DNA from: Protoeuglena noctilucae
Lineage: Eukaryota
NCBI GenBank assembly: GCA_958009085.1
Contig: OY253690.1
Coordinates: forward strand, 186,001 to 250,000
Reading direction: 5' to 3'
Length of the DNA: 64,000 nucleotides
Both the position numbers and the translations under genes were made by a program. A model generated the notes under the pieces. It had not been told where the DNA came from. It searched no databases and saw only the letters and a list, made by a program, of their open reading frames with translations. Of this stretch, positions 48,698-61,800 are shown piece by piece; the first letter of the stretch is position 1; each line of letters starts with the position of its first letter.

Positions 48698-51600
48698 TCA
48701 CTTGCCCACGATGACGCGAGACGCAGTGCTGCGACTCAGCGCCATCTGTTTGATCGTGCTGGCGTCCACGGGAGTCGAACACTGGTAGCGGACCAAGAGG
48801 GGACGGCCGCCTGCAGACAGACACACAGCGCCCTCGCCAGTCAATCACTGCAACACAGGCAGACAGCATCTCCATGCACGTACACTAACACAGCCCTCTC
48901 GCCTGTGATGCTGTGCAGGGGCCGGCCGTCCAGGGCGTTGCGCGCTCGGACAGCGTCGTCATCGCTCGCGAAGTTCACAAACGCGTAACTCTTGCCCTGC
49001 GGCAGGAAACGCGATGGCGATGAGCGCATTCGGTTACAGTCACACCCGCACTCATCTGTCATGCCCGCAAGGCCATTGCAAGGCCATCACATGCCCCCCA
49101 CTGCCACCCCAAACATCGAGCCTCTCACCGGGAAGATGCGAATGGTCTCGAGCTGCCCGTAAGGCGAGAAGAGCTCGTGGATGGCGCTGGCCTCGGGTTT
49201 CAGCACCAGGTTCCCCAGCCACAGGTGGCGGTTGGGCCGACCCTCGGGGGGTTGGGCCAAGCTGCCCCGCAACGCACCCCCATCCGCATGACCGTGCGGA
49301 GAGGGGTGCTGGCCCGCATGTGAGACCGGCCCACGCCCCTCCCGACCCGCCGTGCCCTTCCCCACCGTCACTGTCGCCACTGGCGGGCCCCGCCCCTTCC
49401 CCGCCCCTGCTGCTGCCTCCTCAGCCCCCGCCAGCCCAGCCTTGCCCGCCCCTTGCACAGGCGACCCGCCACCCGACGCAGAGCCCTTGCCGCCGGCCCC
49501 ACGGCTCCCCGCCACCGCCCGCTCCGGTCCCGCGCCCTTGCTGCCACTCCCCACGCGCACCCCACGCCCCTCGGCCCCCTCCGCATTTGGTGACCTCCCA
49601 CCTGCTTTGGGCTCCTGCTGCCACGTTCCAGCAACCGGCAGCGACCCTTGCAACCCCTCCTTCGCAGTTGGCGAGCGTTTGCCTTCTGGTGACGCCGTTG
49701 ACTGTGGCGGTGAGGTGGCGAAGTCCGTGCCCGCCGTGCGCCCCATCCGGTGTTTGTCCTGCCTCACGCGCACAACCAAAGGACGATCACCCGTCACATC
49801 GGGGATGACGCGGTCCGACTGCGGGAGTGGTGAAGATGGATGGGATTTGAATGAAAACTGTCGGGAGCAAGTGACGACGCGACAGTCGCCAGCTGTTGGT
49901 CCCACGCAAGGCAGTCGTAAATGTACAAACAAATTTGAATCTGCAACAATGCCCTGTCATCTGCGCAAACACGCATGCAAACATGCACCGCGCCCTCACC
50001 AGCTCCTGCGCCGCCCGTGCCGCGTCCTCCCCCCTGGCGAAGTTCACAGAGGCAAACTGCTTGCCCTGGAACACCACCACGTCCTGGATGCGCCCGAAAG
50101 GCCGGAAAAGCGACAGCAACGATCCCTTCTTCACCCCGTGACGCAGGTTGCCCAGCCACAGGAAGCGGCCCCCCCCACCGCCCTCCCCGTCCCCATCCCG
50201 TGCATGGCCATCCAACACCCCAAGATCCGCACTCCCCTCCCACTCCCAACTCTCGTTCCCCTCCTCGCCCCCCATTTCCTCCACAGGCACGCTGAACAGC
50301 GACTGGCTTGCGCCCCACCCCTCCCCCGCCCCGTGCCCCAGCCACTCCACGCCCCCCGCCCCCAGCAGCCCGGCCCCGCCCGCACCCCACACCCCAGGCC
50401 GCCACTCCCACCCCGGCCCCTCCCGCTGCTCGGGAGATAGCACCGCCCCCAGCCCCCGCCCCTCACTGCCGGACACAACCGACCCCGCCTCCCCCTCCCC
50501 TGCCCCTCCCTCCCTCCCCAGCTCCGCCAGGTCCGCCAACTCTGCCAGGTCTGCACCGGCCAGCGCCTGCCACGCCAGGCCATCCAACACTGGGCCCTCC
50601 ATCATGGCGCCATCCATCATAGCACCGTCCATCATTGTACCATCCATCATGGCACCATCCACCATGCCGTCCATCACAGGACCATCCAGGATCGCATCTA
50701 CGGCATGGCTGGCCTCAGCAGCACCGGCGAAGGGGCCCCCGCCGTCATCCATCCCAGCTCCAGCCAGCCCCGCCCCTCCCTCCGATGCACCCCATGGGTC
50801 CCGGGCCCAGGGGCCAAAGCCATTGTTAGGGATCTGACTCAGAGACCCCATGTCACCCTCTGCACCGCCTGCCCCCATCACGCCCGTAGGTATGACCCCG
50901 CCTGCCCCGCCCCTTGCCTCTGTGCGCCAATCGATGAATGGCGATGCCGTGTCTGGGAAGGGCCCCTCCCCTCGCTCTGCGTTGCTCTGGGTGGCGCGGA
51001 CGGGCACGGCTGCCGGCTCCAGCTGAAGGGAACGCAGGAGCTCCTCTGCAGTGACAAAGAGATTGGATGCAAGTGATATAAGTGGTACAAGTGATGCACA
51101 TGAACAGCATTAACAGAGAGTGATAGAGATGCCTGCCATGCCATGCAAGGCACATCCACCAAGCATCGCATGCCACTCACTCTACCTTCACTCTGCACAT
51201 CCACACGCATGCCACTCACCGAAGTCCACCGTCTCTGCGCTGCCGCGGCTCTTCTCCCCGCCACGCGCCCCCGCCACACGCCCGCCGCCCGCCCCCGGCC
51301 ATGTCTCCAGCAGACCCTCCCGCGCACCCCTTCCATCCACCTGCCCATCCGCACGACCCGGCACCGGCACCCCCTCTGGCACCGGCACTGCACCGGCACC
51401 CCACCCCGCCCCCCCACGCTCCCCGTGCCACGCCCTGCTGAGTGGGTCATACGCCCCCGAAGCCGGCGACCGACTCCCCGACGCCGCCGCCACGCTGCTG
51501 CCCGAGCGCTCGTTGCCCCCCACCCCCCGTGTGCCCACCTCAGCACCCGCGACCACAACACTCTCTGCGCCCTGTGGCACTGCAGCCGCCGCAACTCCCT

Positions 51601-54600
51601 CTGTCTTGACTCCCTTATCGGTCCCCGCTCCCTGCGCTTCAGATCCCTGCCATGCTGCCTTGGCTGGTGCCCGAGGGCTGCCCCCCGTCCCTGCCCTCGC
51701 AGGCGCCCCTGTACCCACAGCCACAGCCACCGCCACTGGTACTGGCACCACTGCCTTCTTCGGACTGCTCTTGGCACTCCCCGGCCGGTCCTTGCCTCCC
51801 CTCAACATCTCCTTGTCTTTCCCCTGGTCTGTGCCACGCTTGCCCCCCTCCCTCACCGCCACCGCCACCACCCGCGTCCCCTTGCCCCCCCGCTCCCCCT
51901 CCCTCTCCCCCTCCTCCCGCACAGACCCCGCCTCCCTCCCATGACCCCTCTGCACCTCCGCCCGCTCCCTCTCCCTCTCTCTCTCTGCCTCAATCTCCGC
52001 CCTCCGCTGTTCCAATGCTCGCTCGTATGCCGCCTCCTCCTCCCTCCTACGACGCTCCCTCTCCATCTCCCTCTCCTTTTCCTTCTCTTTCTCCCTCTCC
52101 CGGTCCTGCATCACGGAAGCAGGCCCATCTGCCACGGCCGCCCCCACCACCGCTCCCTCGCCCTTGCCCCGCTCGCGCTCGCGCTTAGCCCCCCTGCGCC
52201 CCGCCCCCCTCTCCCGCTCCCTCCGCCCCCGCTCCCTCCCCGCGCCCGCACCACCCTCTGCCCCCCCGGCCCCCTCCAGCTCCCTCAGCAGCCGCTCCTG
52301 TGCCCGCATGGCAGCTGCTTCGGTGCTGTCCTGCAGGCACCTCACGCACCGCGAGTGCCCCTCGTCCCTCGCCAGCTGCAGCGCCGTCGCGCCGCCCCTC
52401 TCCCGGCGCAGGAGGTTCACGCGGGCACCCGCCAGCGATAGCACCAGCTCCAGCACCTCGGCCAGCCCCGACGCCGCCACTGCATGGGGGTTGGTACCAC
52501 AGCAGGGATCTCAATGAGATGGGGAACGCGCGATTGCAAACACATAGAAGGGATGAGATGGGGCACGACGAAACAATAAGTAAAGAACGCTTCTAAGCGG
52601 TCCAACCAATCTCTGTCTGTCTACCCAGGCAAGCCCATCTCCAACCCATGCCTCTCACCTCGGTGCAGGAGGGGCATGCCCGTCTCGGCATGCGCGGTGT
52701 TGATGTCGCCCTCGTCCTCCCCAGGCACCGCCAGGCGCGTGAACTGCCACGCGGGGGCCTTCCCGGGGCCAATGCCGTGCCCGCTGGTGCGCGAGCTGTC
52801 CAGCGACCCGGCAGCCCACCCCGCCCCGCCCTGCTTGGTCCCCTCCTGGGCACCGGCTTGCTTGGGGGCGTGACCCAGGCGCTTGGCGTCCAGGTGGCGG
52901 TGCAGGAGGCCCACGGTGAGGCCCTCGAATGCCCGGAGGATCTCCGTGGCGCGGACGGGCTCGTGGAGGTGGGAGCAGTGCGACGAGTACTTGCAGCAGC
53001 CCGTGCTGCGGGAAGGGGGAGGGGTGACACGCGGTGAGCGGTTGATGTTGCACAGCAGATGTGATAACGGATGCCAAACCAGCTGTAAGGCGACGTGGTC
53101 GACTTTACAGCGATGATGAGACTGGCATGACTGACGTGCATTAGGTCAATGCATCTGTCTCCGCACCGCCCCAATCGCAGTGCCCCTCCCAACACGCCCG
53201 CACCTGAACTCGTCCAGCCTCGCCGCCGCCGCCGTGGGGTCCGTGGATGCGAACTCGAAATCAAAGTCGTCCCGCCCCCGCGCAGTGCCCGCCATGTACC
53301 GGCAGAGCAGGGAGGCAGCCTCCTGGAGGGCCGGCCATGCGGGCTCCAAAGCCACGACCCAGCTGCCCGCGAAAGAGCACCCGGGTGCCTGCACAGACAC
53401 AGACACAGAAGCGGGCAGGTCAGTCTGGTGCAGGCATGCGGTGCTTGCACGCTCGTATTCCCTCCCAAGCTGCCCCACCTGTCCCTGCCCCATGCATTTG
53501 CGGAAGAGCAGGCACAGGGACCCGAGGAGGTACACGTGCAGGGAGAAGAGCTCAGAGCTGAGGAGGCCCTTGCGGAGGTGGGCCGCGCCCTGCAGCGCTG
53601 AAGGGAGGTGCGCCACGGCCGAGGACAGTGCGGCCAGCGCCCGGCAGCGGCAGCCGACGAAGGCGGGGCCCTGGAGGGCGAAGTAGAAGGCACGGGCGGA
53701 CACGGTGCCCATCCAGGGGTTGGACCCACGCGCCAGGAAACGCCACGCCACGGAAGCTGCGGAGTCGGGACCGGGGCACGCGGGGGCGCACTCCTTTGGG
53801 GGCTCGGAGGGCCACCGGCAGTGGGGGCCCACGACGGCGATGAAGTCCAGTAGATGCTTCGCGAGGGTCTCCATCGATGCCTCCCCGAGGGAAGCGGCGT
53901 CCGGGGCCGGGCGGCCGTCCGCTGCCGCGGGGGCGGCGGCAGCCTTGGCGTCCGTCCCTGTGGGGTCGGCGGTGATGCTCTCGAGGGCGCGGACGACGAT
54001 AGGAAGCGCGCGCTTCTCCGCGGCCTCCCAGCACGGCTGCATAGGCGAGGGCTCGAAGTCATACCTGCGGTGTATGGTACGGGTGCAGGTGGGGGTCACG
54101 AGGCGCAGATGGGTGCGGCATGACGTACACGTCACAGCAGAGGGCGGCGGCACTCACAGCAGAGCGCAGACAGTGAGCGATAAGAGCCGGTTGAGGCACC
54201 ACACGGCCGCGGACATCTGCTCGCTGGGGCGCGACCAGCACTCCACCGACTCAATCAAAAGGTCCACGGCGAACAGAATCTCCTCGTCTGCAAAGAGCAC
54301 AGCGTGGATTGTGTGGCTTAACAGAGCATGCGCGCGAATCCCGTTCGCTGGCTGCTTCGGTGGCACGCGCACTGCGTCGCACCTGTGGCGTCCTCCCGGC
54401 CGGCGAGCTCGCACAGGAGGACCGAGGCGTGCGGGACGAGGGCCGCGCATGCCGCGTCGCCGTCGAGCGCGGCTTCGATGAAGGCCCCGACGATGCCCCA
54501 CGCGCCCGTGGCAGAGAGCAGCGACACGTTCCGGTCGTTGTTCAGGCAGATGAAGTGCAGGGCGTACAGGCAGGGCTCGCGCGCGGCCCTGCGGATAAGC

Positions 54601-55560
54601 CACGATATAAAACCCCTCAGACAGCTGCGGAGTGCGACGCGGCGAGGCGCGGCTGCGGCGCGGGGACGCACCAGAGTGTGTCGGGGCTGCCGGACGTGTC
54701 GGGCGGGGCGCAGCAGGCTTGCGCGAGGACCGTGACGAGGAGGGAGATGGTTCCAACCTGCCCCATCGAGTCCTGCGTCGCGCGGTCGTGGAAACTCCGG
54801 CAGGCGAGGCACCCAGCCATGGCCTGCAGGCAACACGCAGGGGGCGATATGGGCACACCGCGGAGCCGCGCGACGACGTCCCGAAGCCGGCATTGCAGCA
54901 GAGCGGTTTGCGTCGCATCAAGCGCAATCGTCCGCGCACGCGCAAGACCCGCGAGCCGTCCGCGCCGCCGCGGTGCACGGCTGGAAAGGTGCGCACGTTC
55001 ACCTGCAGCGTGCGCGCGCCGCTGGCGACGACCGGCCCGGACGAGAGGTTGGCCTGGATGGTGGAGCAAATGCGAGAGACGACGTCCGGACGCAAGGTGC
55101 CGTCACGGCCGGGGAGCGACGAGAGGGACGAGCACGCCCGGCAGCGCGCGCGGGCGAGGATCTCCGCGACCCTCAGCGCCATCACGATGATCTCTGGGGT
55201 CGCCTCCGCCTCCAGAGCCGCAAGAGCGGCGCTCCAAAGCTTGTCCTCGATCTCAGCGCTGATGCTGTCGGCGGCATCGCGCGTGACGGGGTGCTCGCCC
55301 TTGAAGAGCGTGTCAAAGAGAGAGCTCGTGCCCCCTGGGTCGAGACGACGGACGGCATCCTCAATGCGTCTCAGTAACGCCGTCACTGCGCGGAGAAGCG
55401 CAGGGTCGGCTTTGCTAGGGCACGGAGGGGCCCGATGACGCACCCAGCTATGAGGAGGACACCGCAGACACCATCGGCGGCGACTGGCTGGCGTTCGGAA
55501 ACAAACGCACGCGCTGAGCCTTGCCACGTCCTTCCAGGGCGGCGTTGCGCGCCCAGACAA
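48698..55560 (-). CDS. Large multidomain protein: ARM-like helical region, degenerate CCCH, ankyrin repeats, coiled coil and two C-terminal RRMs
   Basis: Consecutive exons join in frame at the junctions checked. Ankyrin INTAHAETGMPLLH...GATALQLA; RRMs FLWLGNL...KQFASVNF and HLWLGNL...KSYAFVNF. Start codon unresolved. Confidence 0.65.
50598..50690 (-). repeat. Coding 15-bp minisatellite (MMDGA-like units)
   Basis: Repeated ccatccatcatggca-like units encode VMDGMVDGAMMDGTMMDGAMMDGAMMEG. Confidence 0.8.
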
Positions 55561-56019
55561 GACTTCAGCCCTTGCGCGCTATCCCTCAGCCCCATCTGCT
55601 CTCCCCCGCACTGACAGCCCTCCCCAGACCTCTCCACCACAGTCTGGATACCGTCTCAGCACATTTCATCCTCCGGCAAGGCCCCGGTCAAGCAGGGGGG
55701 CCACTAGCCCTCACCCGACGCGCCACTCAGGGCGGAGCCAGGGAGGCCCGCGGACTGAGGCGGCATCGTGGCGCGAAATTCAAGCCCTGGCGGGCGTGAG
55801 TCGCAGAACCATCGGCTACCCGGAAATATCGGCCTCCGGCACGCGCGGCATTCACGTCTCCGCAGGCATCCTGTGCTTCAACGCCTTAAGTGTGGAACAT
55901 TTGTAACGATGCGGGGTCCGACTTTGCTAGGTAGCGGCTAGGGGTGGAGAGACTTGCTGTGCCAGTGAAAAAAGTGAGCCAAAACGGGCGTAAATGACGA
56001 GCTGATGCGACGATGTACA

Positions 56020-58702
56020 CTAGTCTGCGCGTGGACGAGGCCGGCAGTCCGGGACCACGTGGGGAGACCCTGCCCGGAGCAGCAAGGAGGCACGGTGAGC
56101 GGTGACGAGCGCCACGTGCGTGGCGTCGCCAAGTCGGATGCCGTCGTCGTTCCACGCAAACATGGGCCGCACGCTGGCAAGGGCGCGCTGCATCTCGCGG
56201 ATCCGGTGCTCCGGGATGGCCATGAGCGTGCGAATCACGTTCCCGCACTGGGTCTCCGGGATGCGTACGGAGAAGGCGTCCCAGTCCAGGGTGCGGTGCC
56301 AGGGAAGCTGGTACGCGTCCGCGATGATGACGGGGATGCAGCCGGCCCAGACGGCCTCGGCCAGCCGCGGCGACACCCCCCGGCTCCCCTGGGGCGAGAG
56401 GCTGCAGGCGTGGCAAGGCGCACAGACTGAGCACGGCACAATGCGCGGGGCAAACGAAGAAAGTTAAGGAGTTCTGCTGCACATCCGGGCTTTAAACGGC
56501 GACTCACCAGAAGACGCTGTCGAGCATACCATCCACGTACTCCCGGGGAGTGATGGCCCCTGGGTGGAAGGCCATCCTCGCCGCCACCCCTGGGCTCAGG
56601 GAGTCGACCTCCATGCCCAAGGCTCCCCGGCACGAGAGCTCCCCCAGCTTGGTCACCACGTCGCTGCTGAGCCGGCCGGCGAAGAAGGCGAACTTGGAGC
56701 GAGGGAGCGACGCGGCTGCCATCAGAGAGGCAGACCCCGACGCCGCCTTGCCCCGCAGGAGCTGCCTGCGGGAAAGAGCGAGACACCGGGGGATGCCGTT
56801 GACGCGGAGATGGACCGAAAGTGTGCACCATGCCTCGGCTTATCACGTCGCGCAGCGCTGACGTCCCTCGCCTGGCCAGCAGGTAGCGCTCCTCCTGGAC
56901 GTCCCACGCCGGCGGGATGGACACCCAGTTGGACACAAGCGCCGGTGCGCCCTGCCCGTCGTGGCCCGTGTCGTCCGTCCCGGCCAGGCACATCTGTGTG
57001 GCGCACCAGGACGACGCCCCGCCCCGCGTGGGGGCCCACTCCCCCACCTCGCACCCAAAGTCGGTGGAAGAGACGAACAGGTGGTCATAGGCGCCGTCGC
57101 TCCCGTGCTCCGACAGGTGGGTGGGCGTGGCCCGCACGACCGCATCCGCAAACGACTCACGCGCCCACCTCCGCCGCACAAAGGCAGGGTTGCCGCCCCA
57201 GATGCGTGTGATCAGGTAGGCCTGAGAGGACAGCGCGGCACGCAGAATGAGAGTCGCTCCAACCTTCCACAGGCTCAGTTGGTAGCCGGGCAGTGAGGGA
57301 CACGGTGCCTGCTCTGCGCGCCGACTTGCCTTGAGCAGGGGCCACATCCCCGTGATGATGCGCGCCGGCGCAGTGGGGACGAAGAAAAGCGACGCGGCCT
57401 TCGGGTCCTGGACTGGGGAATGATGGGATCAGCCCAATGTGAGACGATTAAATTCGCTTGCTCGCTGTCCATCAGGGAACCAGCCAAACCATTTCCACCC
57501 CACACACCTTGGTAATGAAGCGGGACGTGAGGATGGTGCGGATGAGGTTGGCCTCGATGGCGTAGGCCTTCTGGAAGTGGTTGCCGTACCCCGTGTCCGT
57601 GTTGGGCGCAGAGTACGCATACAGCCTCAGGCCGTCCCAGGACGACTGCAACCCCCGGCACCACTCTGTCGGGTCGCCACCGAACGACAGAGCGCCGTCG
57701 CGCAGCAGCGGGAGGGTGGAGAGGTCTGGGAGCCCATCGCTCGCTGGGCCAGCCCCAGGTGTCACCTCTGCCGGATCTCCCAGCAGACGCCGGCATCCAC
57801 CTGCCCAGTCACCCTCCCCGCGGGCATACTCGGCGAGGGCCGCCCGGGCAGGGCCGTCCAGGGGCATGTACATGTGCTGGTAGAACGTCGACTTGTAGAA
57901 CTCGGGAAGCACGGTGCGCACGATCGCGGACAGGGCGTACACGACGGCGGCGATGATCGTGAGGTACGTGACCTCGCGCCAGAGGGATCGGGGCCGCAGG
58001 GGGGTGCAGCTGGCCCAGTGCGTCGGAAGGCCGCGGTGCTTGGCGTGGGGCTCTTTCTCGTCGGGGACCTTGCGCGCTGCATGCGCGGGGTGATACAGGT
58101 ACATCACAAGCCACCGAAGGTGTCCAAAGGGCCATTGAGAGCGAGATTCCGACGCACCTGGCAAGAGAATGGGGGCACGCTCCCACTCTGTCTCGAGCGG
58201 CTCTCCCTGGCCGTTCACTGCGCTGCCACGATGTCGGAAACTGCCGCCGTCGTGGGTAGCACCGTTCTGGCGGCCCGAGCCGGGCCCGGGGCCCTCCCGT
58301 CTTTCCATGGTCCCGCCCATGGCCCTGGGCGGCCAGGTCGACGGCCCAGTGCCCCAACCTGGCCAGTGATCGCAAGCGAAAAGCTCGGGCTCTGCCCTCG
58401 GCGAGATGGTGCTCCCACTCAGCCAGCTGTGGCTCAAAACGGGGCGTGAATCAGATGTCAGAGGACGACTGTGTTGAGGGTGGACGATGATAGGGCCGTG
58501 TGAGCGACAGAGTTGCCGCTGATGGTGACGATACCGTCGTTGGAACGGTCTCATGCACACTTGCACGCTCTCGAGCCGATCCATTTGGTGGGGAACAGAA
58601 AGGAGCGACAGAGATTGGGCGGACCAGCCGCAGAAGGCCCCATCCCTTTCGGGTCACTCCTTGTATCGAACTGTAGGCGGAGAGAGATGCGCGGGGCGCC
58701 AT
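56020..58702 (-). CDS. Exostosin-family glycosyltransferase (GT47)
   Basis: TM anchor YLTIIAAVVYALSAIV, LRLYAY, DPKAASLFFVP, DHLFVSSTDFG, FAFFAG, SVFCLSPQG, SPRLAEAVWAGCIPVIIAD and LDWDAFSVRIPE. Start uncertain. Confidence 0.9.
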
Positions 58703-58891
58703 GAACGACTTGTGGGACCTGGGCCTCGAGCCCTTGCCGGAACAGTGGCTTACGGGGGGCGCGGGCGAATTGAGCGGGGCTGCGGACATCGGGGTAGATG
58801 GAAATCAGGTGCGAGTGCTCGTATCCTTCGTGCGCGGTGCGTAGAAGCCTCCGTGGGGCGGAGGCAGCCCGTTTGTGTGAGGGGCTCAGTC

Positions 58892-61800
58892 ATGGGGCGC
58901 ATTTGTGAGCTGCGCCGCGCCGATGTCGCCGTGCTCTTTTGATACGGGGCATACGTAACCACCTCTGCGTCCTGCTCGCCGCGCAAGCCCTCCGGTGGCG
59001 CAGGCAGCGAGCACTCCCGTTCACCGAACGCCGCAGAACGACCATGGGGTACAGCCGGACGACCTGCTGGACGAAGACCGCGTGGGGGAGGCGTGGGAGG
59101 CAGATGGAGATTTTATATGCGCTCAGGCGAGGGTCACGGGCGTCGTTTGGATCCTCAGGCCCCGACGTCCCACAGCGACGCAGCCATGCTCGCCTGCCCC
59201 CGCAGTGCGACGACGGGGGCAGCCTGGTCACTTGTAGTGGGGAGTACTGCGGGCGGTCCTTCCACCTGCCAGAGCCCGACGGCCCAGAGGGCCAGTGCAA
59301 CCCCCTGGGGGTGTCGGCGGAGGTCACGCGTGCCATTCAAGAGATGGAAATGGAGGGCCAGGACGCGGGCCAGGCGAAAGAAGTGAAGAAGCTTCTGGTG
59401 ACACTGCAGCAGACGAGCACGCGGCTGTTTTTGGTTGCAATGGCCATGCCCTGCGCCCCACCCCATCTGTCGGTGTGCACCTATGGCATGCATCCATGGG
59501 TCTCCTCGCCTACGCGCTCCTCGCAGTGTCCCTCCTGCTTTGTGGGCAGGCAGCGCTGCGTTTGCTGTGGGAAGTTCGGCCGTGAGTACCGCCCGGGCGC
59601 AGCGTTGGGGGACGCCGGCGCCCCCGACATCGTCATGCCGTGCAGCTACGTGAGGGGCGCGCGTGCTGTGCTATGCCTGCACTGGGTTTGCCACGCTATG
59701 CTGTGCCACGTGGAAAGCAGTGCCTTGCTTTGTGTTGCCCCACGCAGGCGGCCGGGTGTGGCATATTCTGGCACGCCTCTTGCATCCGGGAGTGGGCCAG
59801 GCGACACCCTTGGGTGAGCCAGGGAGGGGCCATCGCTGCAACCGCCCTGCCTTCCCTTGCATGCGCGTGTCTATTACAAGTGATCATATTCACTATATCC
59901 TCGTTCGTTTGCAGTTCGCGAATCGCGTCACTGATGCAGACCTGGACCGCCACTACTTCACCTGCCCCCGCCACGTGTGCTCCGTCTGCCACGACAACCG
60001 GCCCACCAAGGACGCCGCCTTCGACTTCGTCACCTGCCGAAGGCGAGGATGAGATGAGGGGTCTGAGTAATCTCATTACGCACCCAGGTTGCAGCGAGGA
60101 GATGGCTGTTAGGCACTGCGACGGTCCTCCCCGGCCCTTTGCCAGCCAGGCAGCCCCTCTGCGCGGCACCTTCCCAATTTCCCAGTATCTGCATGGCCCA
60201 CAGCCCACCTCCTTCTGTCTCTCCCCTCAGATGCCCCGCCGCATTTCACGTGGCGTGCTGCGGCCAGGCAGGAGTGTCGCTGAGCATCACGGCCGCGGGC
60301 GACCCCAAGCGCCTGTGGCTGTCGTTTCGAAAGGACCTGGCGACGGACGAGGAGCTCAAGTGGCTGGTGAGCGTCGCAGTTGCAGTACCAATCGATGGAT
60401 GCGGTTGGACGGCTCTTGATACGGGGACCAAGGGTCGAGCACAAGGGTCAACACCGCTGACACAGCGATGGGAGGGGCTGGTTGTCTCGCTCTGCTGTGA
60501 CTATGACTTCGCCGCTAAGTTAGCTGTGTGCATGCTGTTGTGCTCAGCTTACCTGTGTGCCCGCTCTCGTGCTGCACGCAGGAGGAGCAGCGGAGGGCGA
60601 TGCAGGAGGCCCCCAAAGGAACGGTGGTGTACCCGGTGCCAGACCTGCGCCGGCCCGTCCCCTTCGTGCGCGACTTCCCGGGGGACGAACACCGCATCCA
60701 ACTGCTGCAGGAGCTGCCGCAGAACGCGTGCTACTGGTGAGGGTCTTTATGAAGCTCTTCTTGCCTGCCTACGCTTTTCATGCCCGCCTCCTGCCCCTGG
60801 CTCTGACACACGCCCATGACTCTGACGGCACCCCTGTGTCGACCGAAAGATAGACCGTTTGCTGATACGACCGTGTCTACTGTAAAACCCACCATGATCA
60901 TGCCATGCCTGCAGTCGCAAGCACCGCATGGGCGAGGACCTCTTCACGTGCGTCGAGCCTGCCGTGCTGTGGGAGGAGGAGACGCTGCGCAAGTGGCAGC
61001 TGGACTTTGCGACCTATAAGCCTAACCTGCAGTGGAGTCAAGGGATCCTCGTCAGAGAGAAGGCGAGGGTGGCGGTGTGGGCAAGGGATGAGCAGGCATG
61101 GATCTTGCTTGAGAGAGCCAGTGCACAGGTGCGGTTGCGTCAGCAGCGTTGCGTGAGTTAGCGCACCCGTGGTTTTCTGGCAGGCGCGAGCGGTGCGGCC
61201 AGCAGTGCCGCGACTGCGGACGGCGAGGGAGGCAGAGGCGGAGGCCAGGGCGGCTGAGGCACAGAAGGGCAGGGAAAGCGAGGAGGTGAGAGCGAGGGCC
61301 ACAGCACTTAGAAGAGATAGTTAGAGAGCATGCCAGTTAGGGCACTGCGCATGTGGTGGCTGCTTGCGCACGTGGGTCTCAAGCATGACTCGTGGCGCCT
61401 GGCCTTACACGCAGATTCAAGCGCTGATTCGGGACATGGAGGACTCGGAGGTAAGGGACGATGCACCGTTAGGTCGAGTGACTCAGTGGCTGGCCCCGGT
61501 GACTCGCTTTAGTAACGCTGGCATGCATCTCGTCGCCTGCAGTCCGAGGATGAGGCACAGCTTTTGCCGAAGCGGGCCAAGCCCGACGGGGCTACCAGAC
61601 CACCTGCCGTGGGGCCACTGCGGAAGGGACCGGTGCAGGTGCAGGACAAAGCAGTGAAGGCGAGGCACGCGTAATGCAACTGCGAGTACACCCCATGACA
61701 CACAGCCAGCTCCGCCAGCCCTCGGTGCCACATGTTGAGCCCTGACATGCAGACATAGCTATCTCATCACCCCTTAACACCACTCGGCAGCATATCATGC

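Noticed and set aside
51960..52100. CT-rich microsatellite-like tract
   Set aside because: Explained by Glu/Arg/Lys codons of a coiled coil on the minus strand.
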